Source of the DNA: an uncultured Brachyspira sp.
GTDB taxonomy: Bacteria; Spirochaetota; JAAYUW01
DNA length: 64,000 nucleotides
Assembly: GCA_964454835.1 (NCBI GenBank)
Contig: CAYVTU010000009.1
Location: 8,817 to 72,816, forward strand
Direction: 5' to 3'
The translations under genes and the position numbers were made by a program. The notes beneath the pieces were generated by a model, which made no database searches, had not been told where the DNA came from, and saw nothing but the letters and a program-made list of their open reading frames with translations. This document shows positions 49,868 to 59,151 of the stretch, one piece after another; position 1 is the stretch's first letter, and every line of letters begins with the position of its first letter.

Positions 49868-52167
49868 CCTGCACCTCCTTCTGCTAAACTAGCATAATTA
49901 AAAGAATCTATTATTTTTTTCTTGCTATTTAAATATTGATGTACAAAGTTTGAAAGTTTGCCAGTTCCTTTTCCATGAATGATATATATTTTATCGTAGT
50001 TAGAGTTAACAATCTCATTAAAATAAAAGTCAAGCTCAACCTTTGCCTCTTCAACAGTTTTACCTCTTATATCTATTGTTTGAGGTACTCTTTTTGCTGG
50101 AATATAAGAAAAATTAGATATGTTTTTTTTATTCTCTTTTACTATTTTAACCAATTGAGAAATAGGAACTTCAAAAATAAAAGAATCGGCTTTTACTTTA
50201 GCTTTTTCTTTATCAATGTTTATTATTTTCCCTTTTTTCCCAAAAATACCTGTTTCAACAGTATCACCAATTTGAAAAATTTCTATCTGATTTTCTTCTA
50301 TTTCCTCTTTTATTTCCTCATTTTGGGTGAGACTATTTATTATTTTTTCCTCTTCTTTCATGAAATTTTCTATTAAACTTCTAGATTTTTCCTTTGAATA
50401 GCCCTGCCTTTTCATCTGTGCAATTTCATTTTCAATGTTTTTCTTTAGTTCATTTATATTATTTTTAGTGGCAAATAATAATTCTCTTTCTATCTCTTTT
50501 GATGTCTTATTGTATTTCTTTTTTAATTGTTTAATCTCATTCTCTTTATCAAATAAATCTTTTTCTAATTTTTCAAGTTTAGAAAGTTTTTCTTTATATT
50601 CGATAACAAGATTTGATAATTGTTTGGATATAGATATGCTTGTTTCATCTAAATTAGCTAATTTTTTAGCGTCATTGATAATATTTTGGGGCAAGCCAAG
50701 TCTTAATGCAATTTCAAAAGCATATGAATATCCAGGAATATCTGTCATTAAAATATACTTAGGAGACATTTTTTCTTCATCAAATATCATCGAAGCAATT
50801 AAAGTTGATTTGTTTTCCATGGCAAATCTTTTTACCATGTCAAAATGAGAAGTAATTATACCAAAAGTACCTTTTTTTAGTAAAGTATCCAAAATTGAAA
50901 CAGCTAAAGATTCTCCTTCAACAGGAGAGGTAGCTGTCCCAAGTTCATCAATTAAAATCAAAGTTTTTTCTGATGCTTTTTCTATTATTTCTTTTATTTC
51001 TAAAATATGAGAAGAAAAAGTAGAAAGAGATTGCTCTATTGATTGCATATCACCAATATCTATTAAAATATCTTCAACAATTGGAAGAGTCGAACCTGCT
51101 GAAACAGGTACAAAAAATCCTGCTTGAAAAAGCATCTGAATTAGACCAATAGCTTTTAATGTTACAGATTTTCCACCCGCATTAGGTCCAGTAATCACCA
51201 CAAATTGCTTGTCTTTACCATATTCTATATTATTTTTTACAGGGTTTTCAAGTAAAGGATGGTAAAATTGATTCAATTTAAATATATTTTCTTCATTTAT
51301 TTCAATTTTAGAATAACCTTTTTCAAAAGATAGATTTGCTTTGGAATTTAAAAAATCAAGATATCCAATAATTTCAGTAAAATCTACTATATTATCAATT
51401 ATTTTTGAAAAAATTTCTGTAACCTGAAATAATATTTTTCCAATCTCCTGTTCTTCTTCTGCTTTTAATTGATATAATAGATTATTAATTTCAACAATTT
51501 CTATTGGTTCTATTAAAATAGTTTTTCCTGAATCAGAGAAACCAAAAGTAACTCCATTGACATTATTTTTTTTGCTAAGTTTAACAGGCAAAAGATATCT
51601 ATCTTCTTTAAGTATATAATTATCTGAAATAAGATATTCTTTATACTTATTTGCAATGTTTGTAACAATTTCAAGAAAATCTTTCTCTGCTTTTTTTATT
51701 TTTTTTCTTATAGATGATAATGTATTTGAGGCATTATCAGAAATTTCACCAGAATCTGTAAAAATATGCTGAGTTAATTCTATTTGATTTAAAAAATTAT
51801 ATTTTATTTCAAACCTTATCTTAAATAGAGGTGATTCCACTTTTTTGATACTATTTATTAATCTTTCTGAATTTTTAATAAATGTATATATTCTAAATGC
51901 GGATTCAGTATCAAGTACTAACCCTTTTTTAATATTGTCTATATCAATATATATATCGGGGAAACCCCATAAAGGAAAAGAATTGCCTTTTCTAATGTAT
52001 TCTAATACTTCATCTAAAAGATCTAATTCAAATTTCAAATACTTTTTATCATAGAAGAAATTTAATTTATTGAAATATTCTTTACCATATATGGTATTAC
52101 ACAATTTAGAATATGAACTAATAATATTATTAAATTCGAGTTTTTTAACAGATTTATAATTTATCAT
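49840..52167 (-). CDS. mutS2: Endonuclease MutS2 (MutS domain + C-terminal Smr domain)
   Basis: Walker A VITGPNAGGKSVTLK and a DELGTAT motif are present. The C-terminal Smr domain reads IDIRGKTVEEA…IIHGKGTGKL. Confidence 0.85.
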   Translation of the reverse strand: MINYKSVKKLEFNNIISSYSKLCNTIYGKEYFNKLNFFYDKKYLKFELDLLDEVLEYIRKGNSFPLWGFPDIYIDIDNIKKGLVLDTESAFRIYTFIKNSERLINSIKKVESPLFKIRFEIKYNFLNQIELTQHIFTDSGEISDNASNTLSSIRKKIKKAEKDFLEIVTNIANKYKEYLISDNYILKEDRYLLPVKLSKKNNVNGVTFGFSDSGKTILIEPIEIVEINNLLYQLKAEEEQEIGKILFQVTEIFSKIIDNIVDFTEIIGYLDFLNSKANLSFEKGYSKIEINEENIFKLNQFYHPLLENPVKNNIEYGKDKQFVVITGPNAGGKSVTLKAIGLIQMLFQAGFFVPVSAGSTLPIVEDILIDIGDMQSIEQSLSTFSSHILEIKEIIEKASEKTLILIDELGTATSPVEGESLAVSILDTLLKKGTFGIITSHFDMVKRFAMENKSTLIASMIFDEEKMSPKYILMTDIPGYSYAFEIALRLGLPQNIINDAKKLANLDETSISISKQLSNLVIEYKEKLSKLEKLEKDLFDKENEIKQLKKKYNKTSKEIERELLFATKNNINELKKNIENEIAQMKRQGYSKEKSRSLIENFMKEEEKIINSLTQNEEIKEEIEENQIEIFQIGDTVETGIFGKKGKIINIDKEKAKVKADSFIFEVPISQLVKIVKENKKNISNFSYIPAKRVPQTIDIRGKTVEEAKVELDFYFNEIVNSNYDKIYIIHGKGTGKLSNFVHQYLNSKKKIIDSFNYASLAEGGAGCTIVNLKQ

Positions 52168-52233
52168 TTTTTAAAAAATTTTCCTAATCAATGATTTACT
52201 TGCTTGTAATTTATTTTTTAATTTTTAAGTTAA

Positions 52234-52743
52234 TTATTTATTTTTAACCTTTATAAAGTTGCCTATTATTTTCAAATCACTTAAATTTTTTGTAAAGAAC
52301 TTATAACTAAAAGAAGATTCTACAAGCTTATTCAAGGCTTCAAATTGAATATTCTTAATAAATAATTCAAATATTAATAAAATAACTAATGCAAAAAAAA
52401 CTCCTAAAAAAAGACCAAGTATAAAGCCCAATAATTTATCAATAGACTCGAAATTTGATCTATCTAATTCGTTATCAAGAAGTTTTTTTATAGGATTTGT
52501 CAATAATAGGAGTAAAAGATAAAAAGTTAAAAATGTAGCTACAATTGATATTATTCTTGCAATATTTTGCCCAATTCCTTTTTGAATTAAAAAACTATTT
52601 ACATGTGGGGAAATAACTAAAGTTAACAAAATAGAAAGAATAAGAATTAAAATTCCAATAATTTCTTGAACAAATCCTTTTAAAAGTGTTTTAATGCCAA
52701 ATACGACTATTATTATAATTAAAAATAAATCAAAGTAATTCAT
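52234..52743 (-). CDS. cvpA: CvpA-family membrane protein
   Basis: 169 aa with four TM helices and an N-terminus MNYFDLFLIIIIVVFGIKTLLKGF, typical of CvpA. Confidence 0.5.
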   Translation of the reverse strand: MNYFDLFLIIIIVVFGIKTLLKGFVQEIIGILILILSILLTLVISPHVNSFLIQKGIGQNIARIISIVATFLTFYLLLLLLTNPIKKLLDNELDRSNFESIDKLLGFILGLFLGVFFALVILLIFELFIKNIQFEALNKLVESSFSYKFFTKNLSDLKIIGNFIKVKNK

Positions 52744-52752
52744 TCTTTTTCC

Positions 52753-53628
52753 TTATATTTTATAAAGTAATGTATCTACAAAAGAGTTTTCAGAAGCATC
52801 AATATAATTTTCTATTTTTTCACCAAAACTTGCAAAAGATATCGGTAGTTTCAGTATACTACAAACGCTGAAAATTGCACCACCTTTTGCAGAAGAATCC
52901 AGTTTTGTAATACCAATACTATCTATATTTATAATTTTTTTAAAAATTTCAGCTTGATTAATGGTGTTTTTACCAAGATTTGCATCTAAAACAAGTAGTG
53001 AATGATAATTAATTCTATCGGAATATTGATTTCTTTTCTTGTCAATCACCTTTATTATTTTATTAAGCTGCTGCATTAATTCATCTTTGTTTTGCAGTCT
53101 ACCAGCGGTATCAATTATCAAAAGATTAAACTTTTTTTCTTGGTTTATCGCTTTATCAATTGAATCAAAAACGACAGCTGCGGGATCTGCCCCCTGCTTC
53201 TGTTTTACTATTTCTATATTAAGTTTATCTGTCCAATGATTTATCTGTTCTATAGCTGCAGCTCTGAAAGTATCTGCTGCTGCTATTATAGGTAAATATC
53301 CTTTATTCTTGTAATAATTTGCAATTTTGGAGATAGCTGTTGTTTTACCTACTCCATTTACACCAACAATATTTAATACATTCAATTTTGCAGGGTCAAA
53401 TGCAAAAGGTTTTATTATAAGATATTCTTTTAAAATTTGTTTTAGCTGATCAGCCCTATCTTCTTTATTAGTCTTTTTTAACTTTTCTATTATTTGCTTC
53501 GTCAAATTATAATCAAAATCAGATAATAGAAGATTTTTTTCAAAAAGCTCGATATTATCATTTTTAATAAATAAATCTTTTAATTTTGCAAATAAATTCA
53601 CAAAGACCTCAATAAAACTTACTTTCAA
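52753..53628 (-). CDS. ftsY: Signal recognition particle receptor FtsY (NG domain only)
   Basis: The SRP GTPase G1 motif IVGVNGVGKTTAISKIA is present, along with DTAGR and TKLD motifs. The 291-aa protein is a short form without an acidic A domain. Confidence 0.85.
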   Translation of the reverse strand: MKVSFIEVFVNLFAKLKDLFIKNDNIELFEKNLLLSDFDYNLTKQIIEKLKKTNKEDRADQLKQILKEYLIIKPFAFDPAKLNVLNIVGVNGVGKTTAISKIANYYKNKGYLPIIAAADTFRAAAIEQINHWTDKLNIEIVKQKQGADPAAVVFDSIDKAINQEKKFNLLIIDTAGRLQNKDELMQQLNKIIKVIDKKRNQYSDRINYHSLLVLDANLGKNTINQAEIFKKIINIDSIGITKLDSSAKGGAIFSVCSILKLPISFASFGEKIENYIDASENSFVDTLLYKI

Positions 53629-53663
53629 GACAAAGTTATAGAATATTATTAAAATTTCAATAT

Positions 53664-53694
53664 AAAAAAAGGGTGCCCTAAATTTAGGACACCC
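53664..53694 (-). terminator. Rho-independent terminator downstream of the flaA-like gene
   Basis: The minus-strand transcript reads GGGUGUCC-UAAAUUUA-GGGCACCC followed by UUUUUUU. This 8-bp GC-rich stem is unusual in this AT-rich sequence. Confidence 0.8.
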
Positions 53695-53711
53695 TTTTGT
53701 TTAAATATTAA

Positions 53712-54665
53712 TTATTTTTTAGGTTGATCTGATGAAGATTCTGTTGCCATCTTCTGTTGTTCTTCCCATCTTAAAAGTTGAATAATTCCAACTCTAGCAG
53801 CTTCTGCTCTTTTTTTAGCTTCTCTTCTATCTGAGAGAATGTGCCATACTGCTTCATCGTCAATTTCTTGTTCCATTTTAAGAATAGCAAGATCATATAT
53901 CATCTCAACTGATTTGATATAGATTAAGAAATCGCCACCAATTTGATCTCCGTGTCTATAAACGATAAAAGAATCGAGTTTGACATATGGTTCTTCAACA
54001 GGATATAAAGGATATTTCTTCAACATTCTTTTTCTTACATCTGCGATATAATTAGGATTATCGATCGTAATTGTGATAAAACCAGTGAAATCCAAGTAAC
54101 CGACGAAGAAATCGATTAATTCATCATTCTGGTTTTTTAATCTAACTGTAAGAGAATGTGGGAAATTTAATCCTCTAACTGTTACCATAAGGTTTTTAAT
54201 TGCACCAACATTTCTCAAAACACCTTTACCGATATACTTGTTACCGATAGTATCATTTGCATCTGCTGGTTCATATGATGGGATTTCATAAGGAGGTATA
54301 ATCTTTGCCCAGGAATTATACTTTTCTTTTGGGAAATGGATTCTAGCACCTAAAACAGTCTGCCCCGCATATTGACCTCTATCAACTTTAACTGTTTTTA
54401 CAAAAGATAATGAGATGTTTTCTATTGTTCTAGATGAAGGGGATAAAATAACTTCCCAGTTTTTAGGTTCCAAACTGATAAGCAAATTTTTCCTCTCTTC
54501 TTCTGTCTTTACAGATTGAAAAACATTAGGACCAGCAATTTTAACAATATCTAATTCTGTATTAGCTAAGTTGTTGAAATCAATAAGAACATTTCTTTCT
54601 GCAAGCACAGGAGTTGCAAAGAGGAAAATTAGGAATATTGCAAAAATTAAATTCCATCGTTTCAT
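53712..54665 (-). CDS. flaA: Flagellar filament outer-layer (sheath) protein FlaA-like
   Basis: Signal peptide (…PVLA/ER) and a pattern recalled from spirochete FlaA proteins (LIDF, NW.V.L, R.HFP, NVG.IK, PLYP, VKLDS, GGDF, IDDEAVW). A strong dedicated terminator suggests an abundant structural protein. Confidence 0.55.
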   Translation of the reverse strand: MKRWNLIFAIFLIFLFATPVLAERNVLIDFNNLANTELDIVKIAGPNVFQSVKTEEERKNLLISLEPKNWEVILSPSSRTIENISLSFVKTVKVDRGQYAGQTVLGARIHFPKEKYNSWAKIIPPYEIPSYEPADANDTIGNKYIGKGVLRNVGAIKNLMVTVRGLNFPHSLTVRLKNQNDELIDFFVGYLDFTGFITITIDNPNYIADVRKRMLKKYPLYPVEEPYVKLDSFIVYRHGDQIGGDFLIYIKSVEMIYDLAILKMEQEIDDEAVWHILSDRREAKKRAEAARVGIIQLLRWEEQQKMATESSSDQPKK

Positions 54666-54788
54666 TTTTCAGCTCCTTTTTGTTTAATCATAATATCGGA
54701 AATCCCCTCCCTAAAAATTAACCATTTTTTCATATATTTATTTATAATTTATTTTTAATTTTTTTCAAATAAGATATGATTTATTATT

Positions 54789-55268
54789 CTATTTTTTATT
54801 TTTTAACTGAAAGGAATATGATTTAATTTTTCCAAATATAAAAAATTCCACTGATTCAACATTTTTAAATATTCTGGAATTTTTTATTGATAATAAAGTA
54901 GCCCTAGAAAGAATTTCTTTTATATTATCAGGATATTGCATAAAGATAGAACTAGATTCATTTGATAACATTATTTTACATGTTTTATTTTGATAATAAA
55001 CATTTTCTATTTCCAACATTTGAAAAAGATCTTTTTTAAATTTTTTAACATTAATTGGTCCAGAAAAATAATGCTTAATTAATTGTAAACCATCATATTT
55101 TTTAGGTAAAATTTGAGTTTCTGATTTAATTGATAAGTCTGATGTAATATAATAAAATTTAATTGTATTATAACCTATATATTTAATAAAGACAATCAGA
55201 AAAAATAACACTATTAAGCTTAATATAGAATAAAAGATAACCTTATTGTATTTTTTTAAATCCTTCAC
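54789..55268 (-). CDS. Membrane-anchored hypothetical protein (possibly GerMN-like, amidase-associated)
   Basis: One N-terminal TM segment. It is overlap-coupled to the upstream amidase gene. No clear motif. Confidence 0.25.
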   Translation of the reverse strand: MKDLKKYNKVIFYSILSLIVLFFLIVFIKYIGYNTIKFYYITSDLSIKSETQILPKKYDGLQLIKHYFSGPINVKKFKKDLFQMLEIENVYYQNKTCKIMLSNESSSIFMQYPDNIKEILSRATLLSIKNSRIFKNVESVEFFIFGKIKSYSFQLKNKK

Positions 55269-56565
55269 TTAATGTGTACTCCTTTATAAATAATTCTACA
55301 CCTTTACTTATAGCCGATGCTAATGAATCAAGGTAACTTTCAGAAGTCATTATTTTAACATCATTTGGATTTGTTATGTATCCTATTTCAATTAACATTG
55401 AAGGCATTTCTGAATAAGCAAGGACATAAAATGGAGCACCTTTTACAAATGATACTCCTATTTCCTTTACATTTTCTTTTATACTCTCAAAGCATAATTT
55501 TGCAAGTTTTGAAGACTCAAATATAAGTTGTTCATTTAACATTCTATTTATTATAGTATTCAATATTGAATCAGTTCCAGAATCTTTGTTTTCATATTTA
55601 ACTAAATCTTTAATTTTTTCATCTATAACATCATAATCTAAATAATAAACTTCAATTCCACTTTTTTTATTTGAATACGCATTAGCATTTGAATGCAAAG
55701 AAATAAAAATCCCTGTTTTTGTTTCAGAAAGATATTTATTTGATATCTTTACTCTATCTTCTAATGTCAATTTAGCATCTTTTTCTCTGGTCAAATAAAT
55801 TGAAAGATATGGAAATCTTGTGGTTAATACTTTTTTTAAATGTAAAGCAGCTTTTAAATTTATATCTTTTTCAAAGGTCTTATTTGCGACTGCACCAGGA
55901 TCATCGCCTCCATGACCTGCATCTATTATAATAAATGAGATTACCTTAAAATCAACCATCTTAGCTTGAGCATATGAATAAAATACTTCCATTTCTTTTT
56001 GTATTTGGGTTGATGAATCTACCTGTTCTTTATTTTTTTCATTATTCTTATCATCACTTTTTTTATCTTCTTCTTTTTTTTCTTCTTTTTCTTGTTGGTT
56101 TGGTTTTTCTTCTGTTTTATTGAATATTTCTTCTTTTTGCAAATTTTTTAAGTACTCTGAATACCAGAAATCATAAATTTGTTTGTTTTTAATGGGTATA
56201 AAAAAGATATTAAATAGAGAAAATACCAGCTTTTCTGGAATTATTATTTTTCCATTAATAATTACAATTTGCTTAGATAAATTCTCAACATAATATTTAT
56301 AAAGACACAAACCTGAATTATCGAATATTAATTGTTCTTTAGTTTGCAAATTTATGAAAATATAACAATCCTGTATATGGTCATATGATATTGATATTCC
56401 AAAATCATCTAAAAGAATTGATTGAAAGAATGTGACACTTGTAGAACCATAAATTTGATTAGAAATAAATAAAATAAAAAATAAAATTAAAAAGAAAAAA
56501 TAGAAAATAAAATTATGTACTTTTTTATTATTTTTTAATAGCATAAAGCTCACAAATATCTCCAA
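55243..56565 (-). CDS. N-acetylmuramoyl-L-alanine amidase (Amidase_3, AmiC-like)
   Basis: C-terminal catalytic domain with IIDAGHGGDDPGAV and …SLHSNA… motifs. The N-terminus has a TM segment and a KEE-rich low-complexity linker. Confidence 0.75.
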   Translation of the reverse strand: MEIFVSFMLLKNNKKVHNFIFYFFFLILFFILFISNQIYGSTSVTFFQSILLDDFGISISYDHIQDCYIFINLQTKEQLIFDNSGLCLYKYYVENLSKQIVIINGKIIIPEKLVFSLFNIFFIPIKNKQIYDFWYSEYLKNLQKEEIFNKTEEKPNQQEKEEKKEEDKKSDDKNNEKNKEQVDSSTQIQKEMEVFYSYAQAKMVDFKVISFIIIDAGHGGDDPGAVANKTFEKDINLKAALHLKKVLTTRFPYLSIYLTREKDAKLTLEDRVKISNKYLSETKTGIFISLHSNANAYSNKKSGIEVYYLDYDVIDEKIKDLVKYENKDSGTDSILNTIINRMLNEQLIFESSKLAKLCFESIKENVKEIGVSFVKGAPFYVLAYSEMPSMLIEIGYITNPNDVKIMTSESYLDSLASAISKGVELFIKEYTLSEGFKKIQ

Positions 56566-58348
56566 ATTTTATAGCATTGCTCAGGTTTTTAATAAATATT
56601 TTATTAAATATAGTTGAAATAAAAGGTAAAGCATTTTTAAATCTTTCATAGTGAAAGCTAGGGATTCTAACTCTATAAATATTAAAACCTTTTTTTATAA
56701 AATATTTTTTTAAGCTATAAGGATTAAAGTCATAAAAATGATCTTTTGGTCTTGTTTCAAAATAGGCTGTTCTATTTTTCTTGAAACAAAACATAGGACC
56801 AAATTGAGATGGAAAACTTAAACATAAAATTCCACCTTTTTTTAGTAAATTAAAAGCTCTATTTACTATATGATCAAAATCCTTTATATGTTCAAAGCAA
56901 AACCAAAAAGAAATAATATCAAACTCTTTTTGCTCAATATCATCAATTGATTTATATGAAAAATAACCTTTTTTCATACAAAATTCAAGGGCATACGTAT
57001 TACTTTCTACAATATAACCTTCCATTCTCTTTGATAAAAAAGATAATTTTTCTTTTAAATCATCAAGAAAAAATCCAAGGGCGCCACCAAAATCGATTGC
57101 ACTAATTTTTTGAGAAGTTGATTTCAACAAATGTGGAAGAATATAATTAATTCTATCATGATTAATTTTTTTTATATTTTCTCTATCTTCAAAGTAGGTC
57201 TTACCATATAAATTTTTATATTCATCGATATAGTATTTTTCTTTTTCATCCTCATTCATCTGTTCATAATCAAGATTTTCTTTAATTATTGTTTTACAGT
57301 ATGGACAGATAAGAAGATTAAATTTTTCATATAAATATAATGTTTTTATTGTTTTACTTTCACAGATTGGACATTTCTTAATAAAGTTTTCTTTGTTATC
57401 CTTAATATAATTTAATAAAGAAGTTAATTTTTCTTTTATTTCAAAAATATTTCCTAAATCACTTAAATTAAAAGAATTAAAATTATCATAGAAATAGTTA
57501 TCTTTTTCATAATTTATTTTTTTTATGCTTTGATCATTGGTATCATTTAATATAAGACTTAAAAACTTCTCTTTAACAATCTTTCCTTTTTTTGAAATAT
57601 GAAGATTTTTAAAATATTTATTTGATAGTTTTTCATGATAAGAAGTAGGAGAAAAAATAATAAGATTTTTATTCATCTTTAAAATTTCAAATACAAATAA
57701 TCCAAAATGAGTTATTATAGTATTAGATGCAGATACAAGAAATTTATATTTTTCATCACCTGCTCTTAAAATATCAAAATTTGAATAAATTGAATTCTCC
57801 TTGTTTTTAATAATATTATCATAGATTTTTTCCGGTAAAACAAATAATATTTTTTTTCCGGAAAATAATTGGTTGTTTTGATTTATAAAGTTAGCTATTT
57901 TTTTAGTGCAATTATAAGGATCTAGATTACCAAAGCTAATAAAAATATCATAATAAACTGAATTGCCATCATTGATTTGATTTTTATTTTCAAAATCATT
58001 TATAATAAGGTATTTTAAAGATTTTAAATTGCCAAAATCAACTAATGATGGAATTGAATTCCAGTAAAACCTATAACCTCTATATCTTTTTGGAAGATAA
58101 TAATCATCGAAATCTATGACCAATTTTGAACCGAAAAATATATCTGTTGTCTCGTTGCTATTTCTTGTATCTTTTATAATTAAATCATATTCTATTAAAT
58201 CAAGTTTTAAAATCTCTTTTATATTATTTATTTTTACTATTTCTGAGTTAAATCCTAATTCATTTAAAATTTTTTGTAATATTTTTTGTCGTACAAAATG
58301 CCCCGAGCCAAATTTATTACCAAATCCAGCTATTTGAAGTATTTTCAT
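56528..58348 (-). CDS. Fusion of a PseG/SpsG-like glycosyltransferase-fold domain with a zinc-ribbon class I SAM methyltransferase
   Basis: N-terminal MKILQIAGFGNKFGSGHFVRQ resembles the PseG/SpsG GxGHxxR start. The central region has a CPICES…CPYCK zinc ribbon. The C-terminal methyltransferase-like region reads AIDFGGALGFF…KKGGILCLSFP. Confidence 0.5.
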   Translation of the reverse strand: MKILQIAGFGNKFGSGHFVRQKILQKILNELGFNSEIVKINNIKEILKLDLIEYDLIIKDTRNSNETTDIFFGSKLVIDFDDYYLPKRYRGYRFYWNSIPSLVDFGNLKSLKYLIINDFENKNQINDGNSVYYDIFISFGNLDPYNCTKKIANFINQNNQLFSGKKILFVLPEKIYDNIIKNKENSIYSNFDILRAGDEKYKFLVSASNTIITHFGLFVFEILKMNKNLIIFSPTSYHEKLSNKYFKNLHISKKGKIVKEKFLSLILNDTNDQSIKKINYEKDNYFYDNFNSFNLSDLGNIFEIKEKLTSLLNYIKDNKENFIKKCPICESKTIKTLYLYEKFNLLICPYCKTIIKENLDYEQMNEDEKEKYYIDEYKNLYGKTYFEDRENIKKINHDRINYILPHLLKSTSQKISAIDFGGALGFFLDDLKEKLSFLSKRMEGYIVESNTYALEFCMKKGYFSYKSIDDIEQKEFDIISFWFCFEHIKDFDHIVNRAFNLLKKGGILCLSFPSQFGPMFCFKKNRTAYFETRPKDHFYDFNPYSLKKYFIKKGFNIYRVRIPSFHYERFKNALPFISTIFNKIFIKNLSNAIKFGDICELYAIKK

Positions 58349-58389
58349 AATCTATATTTTTATTTTAAATATTTTTTCTACACAGCAAT

Positions 58390-59151
58390 TTATTCTTTAT
58401 AATTTTTTTGAATTTCATTTAAGTTAATCTCGAATTCTTTTTTATTTTCGTAATATAAATTTTTAATATCATCAATATCTATAAAATATAATGATTTATT
58501 TTTTTCATTAAAATGAGTAATAATATTTTTAACAACTAAATAATCTTTTTTTGTATCTATTGTTAATCTTAATTTTGAAATATCTTCATACCCAATAAAA
58601 GGTTTTTTTAAGATTAAAAATCTATCAGGATTTTCGTAAATATATGGAGTAACATGCTCAAAATGATATGATTTATTCGCATTATTAAAATTATTCCAGA
58701 AAGCTTCTTTTTTAATAATTTCAGTCTGGGTTCCTAAAGGTAAATTTTCTCTTATAAAATAATCTGGTAATTTTTCATTTTTATTTAAAATTTCATTTAA
58801 TATTTCAATATTTTCTTTTAATACAATCAATGAAGTAAAAGGGTTATCACAAGTTACTCTTATAAGATAATCTGATTCATATTTATAAAATGAATCCGCA
58901 AATCTACTCAACACATTTTCTTCACTGCCACTACTTAAATAAAAACAATCTATACAATATTTTTTAAAAATATCTTCTTCAGTTTTTGGAACAGCCAGAA
59001 TATTAAATTTTATTAAATTAGAAAGAGAAGATAATCTTTTTTGAAGAAATATGACTATTTCATCTTTCCCCAACTTTTTTAAAACTTTTTGAGGAAATCT
59101 TGTTGATTTTAGTCTTGCCTGTAAAATTAAGGTAAAATTTAGTTTATTCAT
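58390..59151 (-). CDS. SpsF/PseF-like cytidylyltransferase (CMP-sugar synthetase fold)
   Basis: N-terminus LILQARLKSTRFPQKVLKKLG matches the acylneuraminate cytidylyltransferase / SpsF family signature, 253 aa. Confidence 0.6.
   Translation of the reverse strand: MNKLNFTLILQARLKSTRFPQKVLKKLGKDEIVIFLQKRLSSLSNLIKFNILAVPKTEEDIFKKYCIDCFYLSSGSEENVLSRFADSFYKYESDYLIRVTCDNPFTSLIVLKENIEILNEILNKNEKLPDYFIRENLPLGTQTEIIKKEAFWNNFNNANKSYHFEHVTPYIYENPDRFLILKKPFIGYEDISKLRLTIDTKKDYLVVKNIITHFNEKNKSLYFIDIDDIKNLYYENKKEFEINLNEIQKNYKE

Noticed and set aside
54693-54700. CCGATAT heptamer on the minus strand upstream of the flaA-like gene, resembling a sigma28 -10 (GCCGATAT)
   Set aside because: The upstream TAAA -35 is not at the expected 15-nt spacing (TTAA at about 17 nt). 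Spirochete flaA genes are normally sigma70-dependent, so the evidence is not convincing.
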